From: Gammaproteobacteria bacterium
Lineage (GTDB): Bacteria; Pseudomonadota; Gammaproteobacteria; SZUA-229
DNA: 64,000 nt
Assembly (NCBI GenBank): GCA_041589175.1
Contig: JBFHWF010000004.1
Coordinates: 3,480 to 67,479, forward strand
Direction: 5' to 3'
In this document: positions 55,920 to 64,000 of the stretch, in pieces
Numbering within the stretch: the stretch's first letter is position 1
How the letters are laid out: each line of letters opens with the position of its first letter
Notes under the pieces: generated by a model
What the model saw: only the letters and a program-made list of their open reading frames with translations
Database searches by the model: none
What the model was told of the DNA's origin: nothing
Made by a program: the position numbers and the translations under genes

Positions 55920-56249
55920 ATGAATACTGCACAACACCTGAACGACATTGAACTCGATGAGTATGGTCTTCTCAGGCATCCCGAGATGTGGAATCGTGAA
56001 GTTGCACAAATGATTGCCACTGAACTGGAAATTGGTGTACTCACGCCTGATCACTGGAATGTTATTGACGCACTTCGTAAACACTATGAGCGTTTCGGTG
56101 TTGCACCCGCAATGCACAACATCTGTCGTTCAAGCCACCACAGTGAAGACTGGGTGCACAACCTGTTTCACAGCTGCCTGAATGCATGGCGTGTATCCGG
56201 TTTACCCGACCCTGGTGAAGAAGCCAAAGCTTACCTGAATGACATGTAA
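55920..56249 (+). CDS. DsrC/TusE-family protein lacking the C-terminal catalytic cysteines
   Basis: 109 aa with IELDEYGLL.....W..EVA..IA..E.I.LT.DHW.VI..LR..Y, which aligns with TusE/DsrC. The C-terminus reads RVSGLPDPGEEAKAYLNDM instead of ..AGLPKP.(G/K)C(V/I). Confidence 0.75.
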   Translation: MNTAQHLNDIELDEYGLLRHPEMWNREVAQMIATELEIGVLTPDHWNVIDALRKHYERFGVAPAMHNICRSSHHSEDWVHNLFHSCLNAWRVSGLPDPGEEAKAYLNDM

Positions 56250-56250
56250 G

Positions 56251-57057
56251 TTAGTGCTGTTCCGTTGTCTTCAGCAGGCGACGGAAGCTCAGTCTCTCAC
56301 GCTCATCGAATAATCGCCGCGATATCAACCACAGGGTTGATACCACACCAAAGCCTGTACCCGCAGTAATCATAAACATAATCAGGATCTGATATTTTAC
56401 CGCTTCAACCGGTGGCGCACCTGCAAGAATCTGACCTGTCATCATACCCGGCAAACTCACCAGCCCAGCTGCGGCCATGGAGTTAATAATCGGTATCATA
56501 CCGGCACGCATGGCCTCTTTACGAATATCAGAAATTGCATCACAGGGTGCCTGACCCAGCATCAGTCGCTGCTCGATAACGGGCCGTTGTTGCCATGCAG
56601 ATTGCAATAAACGATCCATACCCAGAGCTATTCCAGTCATCGTATTTCCCAGCAACATACCCAGCAGTGGAATTGCATACTGAGGATGATACCAGGGATC
56701 TGCCTGTATAATCACCAGCAAACAAAGCAGGGTAATAATAAAGGAAGAAACAAACAATGAACCCGTGCTGATGACAAAGCCACCGAGTGGATGTAATTTG
56801 CGTTTCTGTCGCGAAAGAATTTCAAAGCCCGCAACCGATATCATGAGCATCGCGATCAGCAGAATAAATAAAGGCTGAGTTGATGCAAACAGCGCTTTAA
56901 GCACAAGCCCTATCAGTAACAGTTGCACCGTTGTACGTAAGGCGGCGATATATAGTTGACGTGAAATATCAAGTTGCATTCGCCAGCTAAGCAAGCCCAG
57001 CAATAGCACCAGTATGGCAGCCATCGACAAATCAAGAGAACTTAACTCAATCAACAT
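56251..57057 (-). CDS. fetB: ABC transporter permease, FetB/YbbM (UPF0014) family
   Basis: 268 aa with about 7 TM helices. Its start overlaps the stop of the FetA-like ATPase by 11 nt. The size and pairing match FetAB. Confidence 0.75.
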   Translation of the reverse strand: MLIELSSLDLSMAAILVLLLGLLSWRMQLDISRQLYIAALRTTVQLLLIGLVLKALFASTQPLFILLIAMLMISVAGFEILSRQKRKLHPLGGFVISTGSLFVSSFIITLLCLLVIIQADPWYHPQYAIPLLGMLLGNTMTGIALGMDRLLQSAWQQRPVIEQRLMLGQAPCDAISDIRKEAMRAGMIPIINSMAAAGLVSLPGMMTGQILAGAPPVEAVKYQILIMFMITAGTGFGVVSTLWLISRRLFDERERLSFRRLLKTTEQH

Positions 57058-57643
57058 GATTCAACTCCCCGGACTGAAAAACAAAGTGATGCTGTGCTAT
57101 CCGTTTTAGCTGATCCGCATCATGACTCACCCAGATACAGGTCGCCTGATGAAGCTGCAGATACTCCATGACAAACTCTTCAAACAGACGGGTATTATCC
57201 TGATCCAGATTCGCCGTGGGCTCATCAAGCAACAAAACCTGCGGCTGATTCTGTAACAGTCGCAGCAGTCCCAGACGTTGCTTCTCACCACTGGACATAC
57301 GCATAATTGACCAGTGACCGACTTCAGACTGAAACCCAAGCCGTTCTAATGCATTCTGTTCAAGCGTTTCAAAATGCTCCGCCACACTGTCATACCACCA
57401 CTGGGATTCTGCAGGTAACAGGGCAACTTTCTTGCGCCACTCATGCGCAGGCACAGACTGTTGCTCTACAGCATCCAGATTTATTTTCCCCTGATGCGGT
57501 TCCAGATCAGCAAGACAGCGCAACAGCTGACTTTTTCCACAACCAGACGGGCCACTCAGACCTGTACACTGGCCGGCATGCAACTGAAAATCATAGGGAC
57601 CCAGTTCAAGAAAGCGAAGCTGTTCGACGTTGAGTGTTTTCAA
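57047..57643 (-). CDS. fetA: ABC transporter ATP-binding protein, FetA/YbbL family
   Basis: Walker A GPSGCGKSQL, signature MSSGEKQRL, Walker B LLLDEPTANLD and H-loop VSHD. It is a short (198 aa) single-NBD protein. Confidence 0.8.
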   Translation of the reverse strand: MKTLNVEQLRFLELGPYDFQLHAGQCTGLSGPSGCGKSQLLRCLADLEPHQGKINLDAVEQQSVPAHEWRKKVALLPAESQWWYDSVAEHFETLEQNALERLGFQSEVGHWSIMRMSSGEKQRLGLLRLLQNQPQVLLLDEPTANLDQDNTRLFEEFVMEYLQLHQATCIWVSHDADQLKRIAQHHFVFQSGELNHVD

Positions 57644-57728
57644 GCAGCAAATTAACTCTTATTCAATTCGACCTGCAACACAGGCCTGGTTATACACAGT
57701 ACAGGTAGATTTATTTATATCGCCGATA

Positions 57729-58214
57729 TCAGTTATTATTCTGCACAGGGCGCACAAGAAACTTACCCACTTCAACACTACTCACCTTAACGCGTTGCCC
57801 CGCATCAATCTGCTCAACACCGGCACCTGTATCGATTTCAACTTTCCAGTCAATGCCAGAATAACGGGTTTTACCCGGCTGCATCAGGCTAATGTTTTCC
57901 TGTAGTACGAAGGTATATCCAACCAGGTCACTACTGTTATCCTTCTCGGGTATATCACTGTTCTGAAGATTCCTCAAAGGCTTCCACAATAGCAGCATTG
58001 CAACACCTGAACAGATTGCCGTACTGGAAATACCTGCCGTCCAGGTCTCTGGCAATAACCCCAGCAACATAAATAAGCCAGTCACCAGCGCACCCACACT
58101 ACTAAACAACAGAATACCCGTTACCATACCGGTAATAACTTCAATCGACAGAAGCGCAAAGCCCAGTACAATCCAGAACTCTGCCTGGTGGTTATGTATG
58201 TATTCAATCAGCAT
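57729..58214 (-). CDS. NfeD family membrane protein (YbbJ-like)
   Basis: Three to four N-terminal TM helices and a C-terminal OB-like soluble domain (GKTRYSGIDWKVEID...GQRVKVSSVEVGKFLV). Its ATG overlaps the SPFH gene stop (TAATG). Confidence 0.75.
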   Translation of the reverse strand: MLIEYIHNHQAEFWIVLGFALLSIEVITGMVTGILLFSSVGALVTGLFMLLGLLPETWTAGISSTAICSGVAMLLLWKPLRNLQNSDIPEKDNSSDLVGYTFVLQENISLMQPGKTRYSGIDWKVEIDTGAGVEQIDAGQRVKVSSVEVGKFLVRPVQNNN

Positions 58215-59170
58215 TATTGTGTATCTGCCTGTTTCTTTTTCAAGCTATTGATAATCGTCATCGCTTCCGCAACCAGTGTAGATGCACTCGTCTGGCTATC
58301 GGGCAACAGCACCACTGATGATTCTTTTGCAATGGCTTCTTTTGCCATAATTGCTTTTTCTGCCAGCTCCAGCTGAATTGCACTCTGCCCTTCATCGGTA
58401 TGCGCCACCTTGCCGATCATATGCAGGGCTTTTGTTTTCGCTTCGGCAACTGAGAGAATAGCCTGCGCTTCACCCTGAGCCTGCAATATCTGCTCCGATT
58501 TATCTGCCTCCGCGCGCAACACAATCGCCTGCTTCTGACCTTCTGCAACATTAATAGAGGCCTGTCGTTCACCTTCTGATTCCAGAATCTGCGCGCGCTT
58601 GTCACGCTCCGCCTTCATCTGTCGTTCCATAGCCTCCAGCACGGAACGCGGTGGTTCGATATCCTTGATTTCATAGCGCAGCACCTGCACACCCCAGGGC
58701 TCCGCGGCCTCATTAATAATATTTACAATATTGGTATTCAGGCTTTCCCGTTCTTCAAATGTTTTATCCAGATCAATCTTACCGATTTCAGAACGCATGG
58801 TTGTCTGCGCCAGCTGAGTCACCGCGTAAACATAGTTATCAACACCATAAGATGCTTTATACGGATCGAGAACCTTGAGATAGAGCACCCCATCAACAAC
58901 CAGTGAGATATTATCCTTTGTGATTGCACTCTGACTGGGCACATCGACCGCCTGTTCTTTAAGTGATCGATCGTAGGAAACCTTATCGATAAACGGAAGC
59001 ATGAAATTCAACCCCGCTTCCATCGACTTATTGTATTTACCAAAGCGTTCAATAATAAGCGCTCGATTTTGTGGCACGAATTTAACCGACGTTTTAATAA
59101 AGACAAAGATCAGTATTGCAAGACCGACCCAGAAATTAAATATAAATCCAAGAATTTCTTCGACCATCAT
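58214..59170 (-). CDS. qmcA: SPFH/band-7 (stomatin-like) protein, QmcA/YbbK family
   Basis: N-terminal TM helix, SPFH core (VPQNRALIIERFGKY, AITKDNISLVVDGVLYLKVLDP, LRYEIKDIEPP), and an Ala/Glu-rich coiled tail. Confidence 0.9.
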   Translation of the reverse strand: MMVEEILGFIFNFWVGLAILIFVFIKTSVKFVPQNRALIIERFGKYNKSMEAGLNFMLPFIDKVSYDRSLKEQAVDVPSQSAITKDNISLVVDGVLYLKVLDPYKASYGVDNYVYAVTQLAQTTMRSEIGKIDLDKTFEERESLNTNIVNIINEAAEPWGVQVLRYEIKDIEPPRSVLEAMERQMKAERDKRAQILESEGERQASINVAEGQKQAIVLRAEADKSEQILQAQGEAQAILSVAEAKTKALHMIGKVAHTDEGQSAIQLELAEKAIMAKEAIAKESSVVLLPDSQTSASTLVAEAMTIINSLKKKQADTQ

Positions 59171-59177
59171 TTTTCCT

Positions 59178-59960
59178 TTACTTGTCGCCAGGTTTCTGAC
59201 CCAGCATATATTTCCTGTTAGTTTTTATCATCGACTGAATTTCCCTGACATACTCATCACCTCGACTCGAATATTTTTCAAGGCCTTCAGCCAGCCTGAG
59301 CGCATCGACATTCTGCCCTTTTTTACGCATACCAGAACGCATTTTCCTGAGTGTGCGATAGGCGTTACCACGATTCAAATTGTGCATATAACTACTGACA
59401 GATTCATTGATACTGTCGAATGCGGCAACCTCATGACGCTTACCCGCATCACGTTGCTCGGGAACAATTCCACATCCTTTATCAAAACACCACTGGCCAA
59501 ACAGGTTATTCGCCTGTTGTGCGAAACGTGACTGCCCCCATGCTGACTCATTGGCGGCCTGACTCAACACCAGCTCTACAGGCAAAGTATCAACACGACG
59601 CAGCAGGGTATCCCATTGCGGTTTATCGTGATCCCATTCAATGTCATACTGATCGGCCACACCAGCAATCCAGCCGGCCTGCTCATCGGATTGCATGGCT
59701 GACTCAAGTCGAGTCCGAGTATCCCGTATTTTCTGATTTTCATTTATCACAACTGGACGTAGTGCATCAAAGAACCGTTGTTTCTTTTCTTTCACATCCT
59801 TAACATCGTCATAATTAAAAACGTCTTCTGCCTGCAGGATGTCCATCGTTTTAGCATGGGTTTTCCTGAATAGTGATTTGCCACCCGGCTGCCAGTAATC
59901 CACCCCGACAAAAACCAGCAGTGCGATAGCCAGCATCGACAACAGTACCGTTTTTCTCAT
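59178..59960 (-). CDS. glucosaminidase-domain protein (Bax/FlgJ-like N-acetylglucosaminidase)
   Basis: Signal/anchor segment, then LVLSQAANESAWGQSRFAQQANNLFGQWCF, the mannosyl-glycoprotein endo-beta-N-acetylglucosaminidase motif. Its ATG overlaps the bioA stop (TAATG). Confidence 0.75.
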   Translation of the reverse strand: MRKTVLLSMLAIALLVFVGVDYWQPGGKSLFRKTHAKTMDILQAEDVFNYDDVKDVKEKKQRFFDALRPVVINENQKIRDTRTRLESAMQSDEQAGWIAGVADQYDIEWDHDKPQWDTLLRRVDTLPVELVLSQAANESAWGQSRFAQQANNLFGQWCFDKGCGIVPEQRDAGKRHEVAAFDSINESVSSYMHNLNRGNAYRTLRKMRSGMRKKGQNVDALRLAEGLEKYSSRGDEYVREIQSMIKTNRKYMLGQKPGDK

Positions 59961-61237
59961 TATTTTAGTACCTCGAATATTGCATTTCCCAGCTTATCAA
60001 TTTCATCCGCTGTAATAATATAGGGAGGCATGACATACACCAGTTTGCCGAATGGCCGGATCCACACGCCCTGATCAACCAGTGCCGGTTGCAACTGTTG
60101 CATGTTTACAGCCTGCCTGCACTCTACAACACCAATTGCGCCCAGCACTCTAACTTCGGCAACAGCTTCCAGTGAAGCACACCTGCCCAGCGCCTGTTTC
60201 AGATTTTTTTCGATGCCTTGTATCGTCTTCTGCCAGTCGGACGCCAGCAACAACCGAACACTGGCCAGTGATACTGCACAGGCCAGCGGGTTTGCCATAA
60301 AGGTTGGACCATGCATAAACACACCTGGATTACCATTCGATATGGTCTCTGCAATATGCCCTGTTGTCAGCGTCGCCGCAAGACTCATATAGCCGCCGGT
60401 TAATGCCTTGCCAACACACATAATATCAGGCGTTATACCTGCATGTTCACAGGCAAATAACTTCCCGGTTCGAGCAAAGCCTGTTGCAATTTCATCCAGT
60501 ATCAGCAATACATCATATTCATCACAAAGACGCCGCGCATGGCGTAAAAAATCCGCGGAGTAGAAACGCATTCCGCCGGCACCCTGCACCACGGGCTCAA
60601 GAATAAACGCCGCAATTTTCTGATGGCCGTTTTCAAGCGCCTGTTGCAATGCCGCTATAGCCGAAGGCTCGCAGTCTTCATCGACCTTTGCCGTTGGCGC
60701 ATCTATAAATACCTGCTGCATAAGCGAGGAACTAAACAGGTTATGCATACCCGTAACCGGGTCACAGACTGACATGGCGCCAAAGGTGTCACCATGATAT
60801 CCCTGACGTAAGGTCAGGAACTGTTGCTTCTCCGGTAACTGTCGATCATGCCAGTACTGGATCGCCATTTTCATGGCTACCTCGACGGACACCGAGCCAG
60901 AGTCAGAAAAAAATACGGATGTCAGCGGAGCCGGACTTATCGACACCAGCAGCTCAGCCAGTTCGATAGCTGGCTCATGGGTCAGACCACCAAACATCAC
61001 ATGACTCATTTTGTGAATCTGCGCTTCTAGTGCTTCATTCAATACGGGATGATTGTATCCATGAATCGCACACCACCAGGAGGCCATGCCATCAATCAGC
61101 TCTCTGCCATCGGCAAGCCTGAGCCTGCATCCCTGAGCAGACACCACCGGAAAGAGTGGCTGCTCGGTGGCAAAGGACGCATAGGGATGCCAGAGCACCT
61201 GGCGATCCCGTTGCAACAAGTGCTGGAACGTGTGCAT
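59960..61237 (-). CDS. bioA: adenosylmethionine-8-amino-7-oxononanoate aminotransferase
   Basis: WHPY, SWWCAIHGYNHP, GSVSVEVAMK, DEIATGFARTGKLFA and the PLP-Lys in CVGKALTGG. Confidence 0.95.
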   Translation of the reverse strand: MHTFQHLLQRDRQVLWHPYASFATEQPLFPVVSAQGCRLRLADGRELIDGMASWWCAIHGYNHPVLNEALEAQIHKMSHVMFGGLTHEPAIELAELLVSISPAPLTSVFFSDSGSVSVEVAMKMAIQYWHDRQLPEKQQFLTLRQGYHGDTFGAMSVCDPVTGMHNLFSSSLMQQVFIDAPTAKVDEDCEPSAIAALQQALENGHQKIAAFILEPVVQGAGGMRFYSADFLRHARRLCDEYDVLLILDEIATGFARTGKLFACEHAGITPDIMCVGKALTGGYMSLAATLTTGHIAETISNGNPGVFMHGPTFMANPLACAVSLASVRLLLASDWQKTIQGIEKNLKQALGRCASLEAVAEVRVLGAIGVVECRQAVNMQQLQPALVDQGVWIRPFGKLVYVMPPYIITADEIDKLGNAIFEVLK

Positions 61238-61469
61238 ATATTATGATGCCTCGAAGAAAAACCGCACCTTAACCCATCACAGATACAAGGTACAGCTGAC
61301 CCTGCACACAGGCTAACCCAAACAGGTTATATTATTGATTCTATTGAAAAATATCAGATACTGTATCTATTGTCACATATCTGCAAGGCGCTTCCTGATA
61401 TAACAGCTCACATAATTATTAGATCATTAGCCAGAAGCTGCTGGTCAGCACCGGGCGACACGCTTTTTT

Positions 61470-61949
61470 ATGCAGTATTTTTCAGGGGGATGTTCTCGGA
61501 TGCCAGTCAGTTTTCCACAACGGCATAGCTCTTCTCACCAGAAGACGGATGCCAGCCAATGCTCGGCCACGATGGATAGTATTATTCAGGGCAGTTTTGA
61601 ACAAAGCGAAAGCGCCGTGTTTGGTGTAGACAACCGTGGTCGAATTGGTTACTGGAACGCGCGTATCTCAGAGCTGTTTGACCTGCCCCAGGGTAGCACG
61701 CTTAATGGCCTGCACTGTTCAGACCTGCTTTGTGGCGGACAGCAGCAGTGTAGCGATCGCTGTTGCCAGAGCTGCGCGATCAAACAGACTATGCTCGACG
61801 AACGCCAGATTAATCACTACACACTGTCAATACGCGCCGCCACGGGTAAAACGCGCCATGTGAAAGTATCGACCTGTTATGTTTACCCCACGTCCAGTGA
61901 CAGTGTCAGCACCTATTTCAGCCTGCGTATCGAAAAAGACAGCAAATAA
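61470..61949 (+). CDS. stand-alone PAS-like protein with Cys-rich insert; start uncertain
   Basis: PAS-like core (AVFGVDNRGRIGYWNARISELFDLPQGSTLNG) followed by HCSDLLCGGQQQCSDRCCQSCAI. Possible starts are at 61470, 61500 and 61572. Confidence 0.5.
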   Translation: MQYFSGGCSRMPVSFPQRHSSSHQKTDASQCSATMDSIIQGSFEQSESAVFGVDNRGRIGYWNARISELFDLPQGSTLNGLHCSDLLCGGQQQCSDRCCQSCAIKQTMLDERQINHYTLSIRAATGKTRHVKVSTCYVYPTSSDSVSTYFSLRIEKDSK

Positions 61950-61950
61950 T

Positions 61951-62622
61951 TTAAAGCAGCCCCTGCTCGGCAAAAGACACCACCTCATCCCCTACCACGA
62001 AATGATCCAGCACACGAATATCCACAAGCGCCAGAGCATCCCTGAGGCGCGACGTTATATTTTTATCTGACTGGCTTGGCTCTGCCACACCCGATGGGTG
62101 ATTGTGGGCAAAAATCAATGCTGCCGCATTATGCTGTAATGCCTTCTTGACGACTTCCCTGGGGTACACACTGGCTCCATCAATCGTTCCACGGAACAAC
62201 TCCTCATAGGCAATCACCCGGTGACGTTGATCAAGGAACAGGGCCGCAAAGACTTCGTGAGGTAAATCACGCAACCGATAACTGAGGTACTGCCGGGTAT
62301 CCTGTGGGCTGCACAGGCTATCGCCACGGCTCATAGACTCATACAGATAACGCCGAGCCATTTCCAGCACAGCCTGCAACTGGGCATACTTGGCCTGCCC
62401 CAGCCCCGGGTGCTGACAGAAGCTTGCCTGATCAGCCGCCAGCAACGGTCTAAGCCCATCAAAACGCTGTAATAATTCGTACGACAGATCCACTGCGGTT
62501 TTACCCCGCACGCCCGTGCGTAGAAAAATGGCCAGCAGCTCAGCATCACTCAGTGCCTGGCTACCCAGCTTTAGCAGTTTCTCACGTGGCCGCTGTTCTT
62601 CCGGCCATTCGGTTATTGGCAT
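61951..62622 (-). CDS. radC: RadC family protein (JAB/MPN domain, UPF0758)
   Basis: [18 protein letters not shown]...[15 protein letters not shown]-terminal HhH region and the JAMM motif HNHPSG...PS..D. ATG at 62622. Confidence 0.85.
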   Translation of the reverse strand: MPITEWPEEQRPREKLLKLGSQALSDAELLAIFLRTGVRGKTAVDLSYELLQRFDGLRPLLAADQASFCQHPGLGQAKYAQLQAVLEMARRYLYESMSRGDSLCSPQDTRQYLSYRLRDLPHEVFAALFLDQRHRVIAYEELFRGTIDGASVYPREVVKKALQHNAAALIFAHNHPSGVAEPSQSDKNITSRLRDALALVDIRVLDHFVVGDEVVSFAEQGLL

Positions 62623-62732
62623 GTCGCATCCCTGCATGTCCGTGTCGGGCCGAGTCTACACCCACGCTTTACTATTTGACAATCCTCTATAAGCGTAACG
62701 TGACATCCCTGCTTTCTGGTAGAATCTCAGCC

Positions 62733-63980
62733 ATGGCAGGCACTAACTCTTCCCCCTCATTACAGAACAAAAACATACTGCTCGGCGTATGTGGCGGCAT
62801 CGCGGCCTATAAAAGTGCCGACCTGGTACGCCGCCTGCAGGACGCTGGCGCAACCGTACGCGTAGTGATGACCGCATCAGCAACCGAGTTTGTCACACCA
62901 TTAACCTTTCAGGCGCTATCCGGTTTTCCCGTACACACAGATTTACTTGATAGCGAGGCTGAAGCCGCCATGGGCCATATCGAACTCGCTCGCTGGGCCG
63001 ATTTAATTCTGATTGCACCCGCAACTGCCAACACCCTGGCACGCCTGTGTGAGGGCCGCGCAGATGACCTGCTTTCAGCCATTTGCCTTGCCTGCAACTG
63101 CCCTGTGGCCGTTGCCCCGGCTATGAATCACGTCATGTGGTCTGCCGACAGCACGCAATCAAATATGATACAGCTCGGTAAACGGGGCTTTCATATCATG
63201 GGCCCAGCCAGTGGCAGCCAGGCCTGTGGAGAAGTCGGCGAAGGACGCATGCTGGAGCCTGCTCAACTCGTACAACTGGCCAGCAATCTGTTCCAGCAGG
63301 GGCTACTTAGTGGCATTCGTATTCTCATTACCGCAGGGCCAACTCACGAGGCCATTGATCCGGTTCGTTTTATTGGCAATCGTAGCTCAGGAAGAATGGG
63401 TTTTGCCATTGCACAGGCCTGCATTGAACAGGGGGCCATCGTCACCCTGGTAAGTGGCCCGGTAAGTTTACCGACACCGGAACATGTTACTCGTATTAAT
63501 GTGGAAAGCGCACAGCAAATGCATACAGCGGTGATGAAGAATATTGATGAGCAGGGCATTTTTATTGCCTGCGCCGCGGTGGCAGACTATCGCCCCGAAT
63601 TGAGTGCCGAGCAGAAAATAAAAAAATCGTCATCTGACCTGCAAATCAAACTGGTGCCAAACCCGGACATACTCGCCGATGTTGCAGCACTTGAAAGCGC
63701 ACCCTTTACTTTGGGGTTTGCAGCGGAAACCGACAAGTTGTCTGAATACGCCGTCGACAAACTTAAGCGAAAAAAACTGAATATGATTGCTGCCAACCGC
63801 GTGGCCCACTGCGATGACACCTCTCAACAGGATACTGGCTTTAATAGCGATTACAACGCTCTACAGGTATTCACACAAAACATAAACGGCAATATCGACG
63901 AACACACATTTCCCGAGGCCCGCAAAACCCAGCTGGCTCGGCAATTGATTCACTTACTGGCAGAAAAATATCGGGCTTAA
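62733..63980 (+). CDS. coaBC: bifunctional phosphopantothenoylcysteine decarboxylase / phosphopantothenate-cysteine ligase
   Basis: [13 protein letters not shown] flavoprotein start, PAMN..MW, ITAGPT.E.IDPVR.I.N.SSG.MG and [12 protein letters not shown] at 62733. It is divergent from radC, as in many proteobacteria. Confidence 0.95.
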   Translation: MAGTNSSPSLQNKNILLGVCGGIAAYKSADLVRRLQDAGATVRVVMTASATEFVTPLTFQALSGFPVHTDLLDSEAEAAMGHIELARWADLILIAPATANTLARLCEGRADDLLSAICLACNCPVAVAPAMNHVMWSADSTQSNMIQLGKRGFHIMGPASGSQACGEVGEGRMLEPAQLVQLASNLFQQGLLSGIRILITAGPTHEAIDPVRFIGNRSSGRMGFAIAQACIEQGAIVTLVSGPVSLPTPEHVTRINVESAQQMHTAVMKNIDEQGIFIACAAVADYRPELSAEQKIKKSSSDLQIKLVPNPDILADVAALESAPFTLGFAAETDKLSEYAVDKLKRKKLNMIAANRVAHCDDTSQQDTGFNSDYNALQVFTQNINGNIDEHTFPEARKTQLARQLIHLLAEKYRA

Positions 63981-64000
63981 TGAAATGAATACATTACAGA

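Noticed and set aside
55788-56117. 109-aa minus-strand ORF
   Set aside because: It is antisense to the DsrC/TusE-like gene, which aligns with a known family.
61356-61368. 13-bp palindrome AGATAC-T-GTATCT upstream of bioA, considered as a BirA (bioO) operator
   Set aside because: It does not resemble the TTGTAAACC...GGTTTACAA-type BirA operator I know from E. coli and is much shorter. I kept it only as an unassigned palindrome, mentioned under the PAS finding.
63985-64000. ATG AAT ACA TTA CAG... right after coaBC, possibly the start of dut
   Set aside because: Only 5 codons are inside the window, too little to support a call. The synteny (coaBC-dut) is suggestive only.

Overview
This is a dense, core-chromosome-like segment of about 70 CDS from a gammaproteobacterium. 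It carries chemolithoautotroph and sulfur-trafficking hallmarks: phosphoribulokinase, TusA, a DsrC/TusE-like protein, three rhodanese domains, TauE and DUF302. I recognised no rRNA, tRNA, CRISPR array, transposase, integrase or prophage gene. Housekeeping content includes slt, hemB, aroE, gor, ubiA, mdh plus a malic enzyme, rpmE, hemW, ampG, xthA, pyrE, trmH, bioB-bioF, hemN, bioA, radC and coaBC. There is also an RND efflux pair, rmuC and a c-di-GMP set (PilZ, REC-REC-PAS-GGDEF-EAL, TM-GGDEF). The most interesting region is 25.0-31.3 kb. There a rhodanese-fused ArsR regulator with a co-transcribed CxxC protein faces a tightly coupled six-gene operon across a 191-bp spacer holding a 10-4-10 palindrome over predicted promoters. 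The operon encodes a fatty-acid-hydroxylase-type protein, a TVP38-rhodanese fusion, an ArsS-type radical SAM protein, two transferases and ArsM. It looks like an extended arsenosugar-type organoarsenical pathway, and most of its components are uncharacterised. Secondary curiosities are: (1) two Arg-rich mini-ORFs flanking an orphan prk; (2) a vertebrate-like ketohexokinase/Rieske/BASS operon; (3) tandem paralogous WYFE.RGG.QKGPY mini-proteins; (4) a Cys-less DsrC/TusE homolog; (5) a bioA-bax-SPFH-NfeD-fetAB gene string; (6) a Cys-rich stand-alone PAS protein. All family calls come from reading motifs by eye. Family accession numbers and literature statements are from memory and need HMM or BLAST confirmation.
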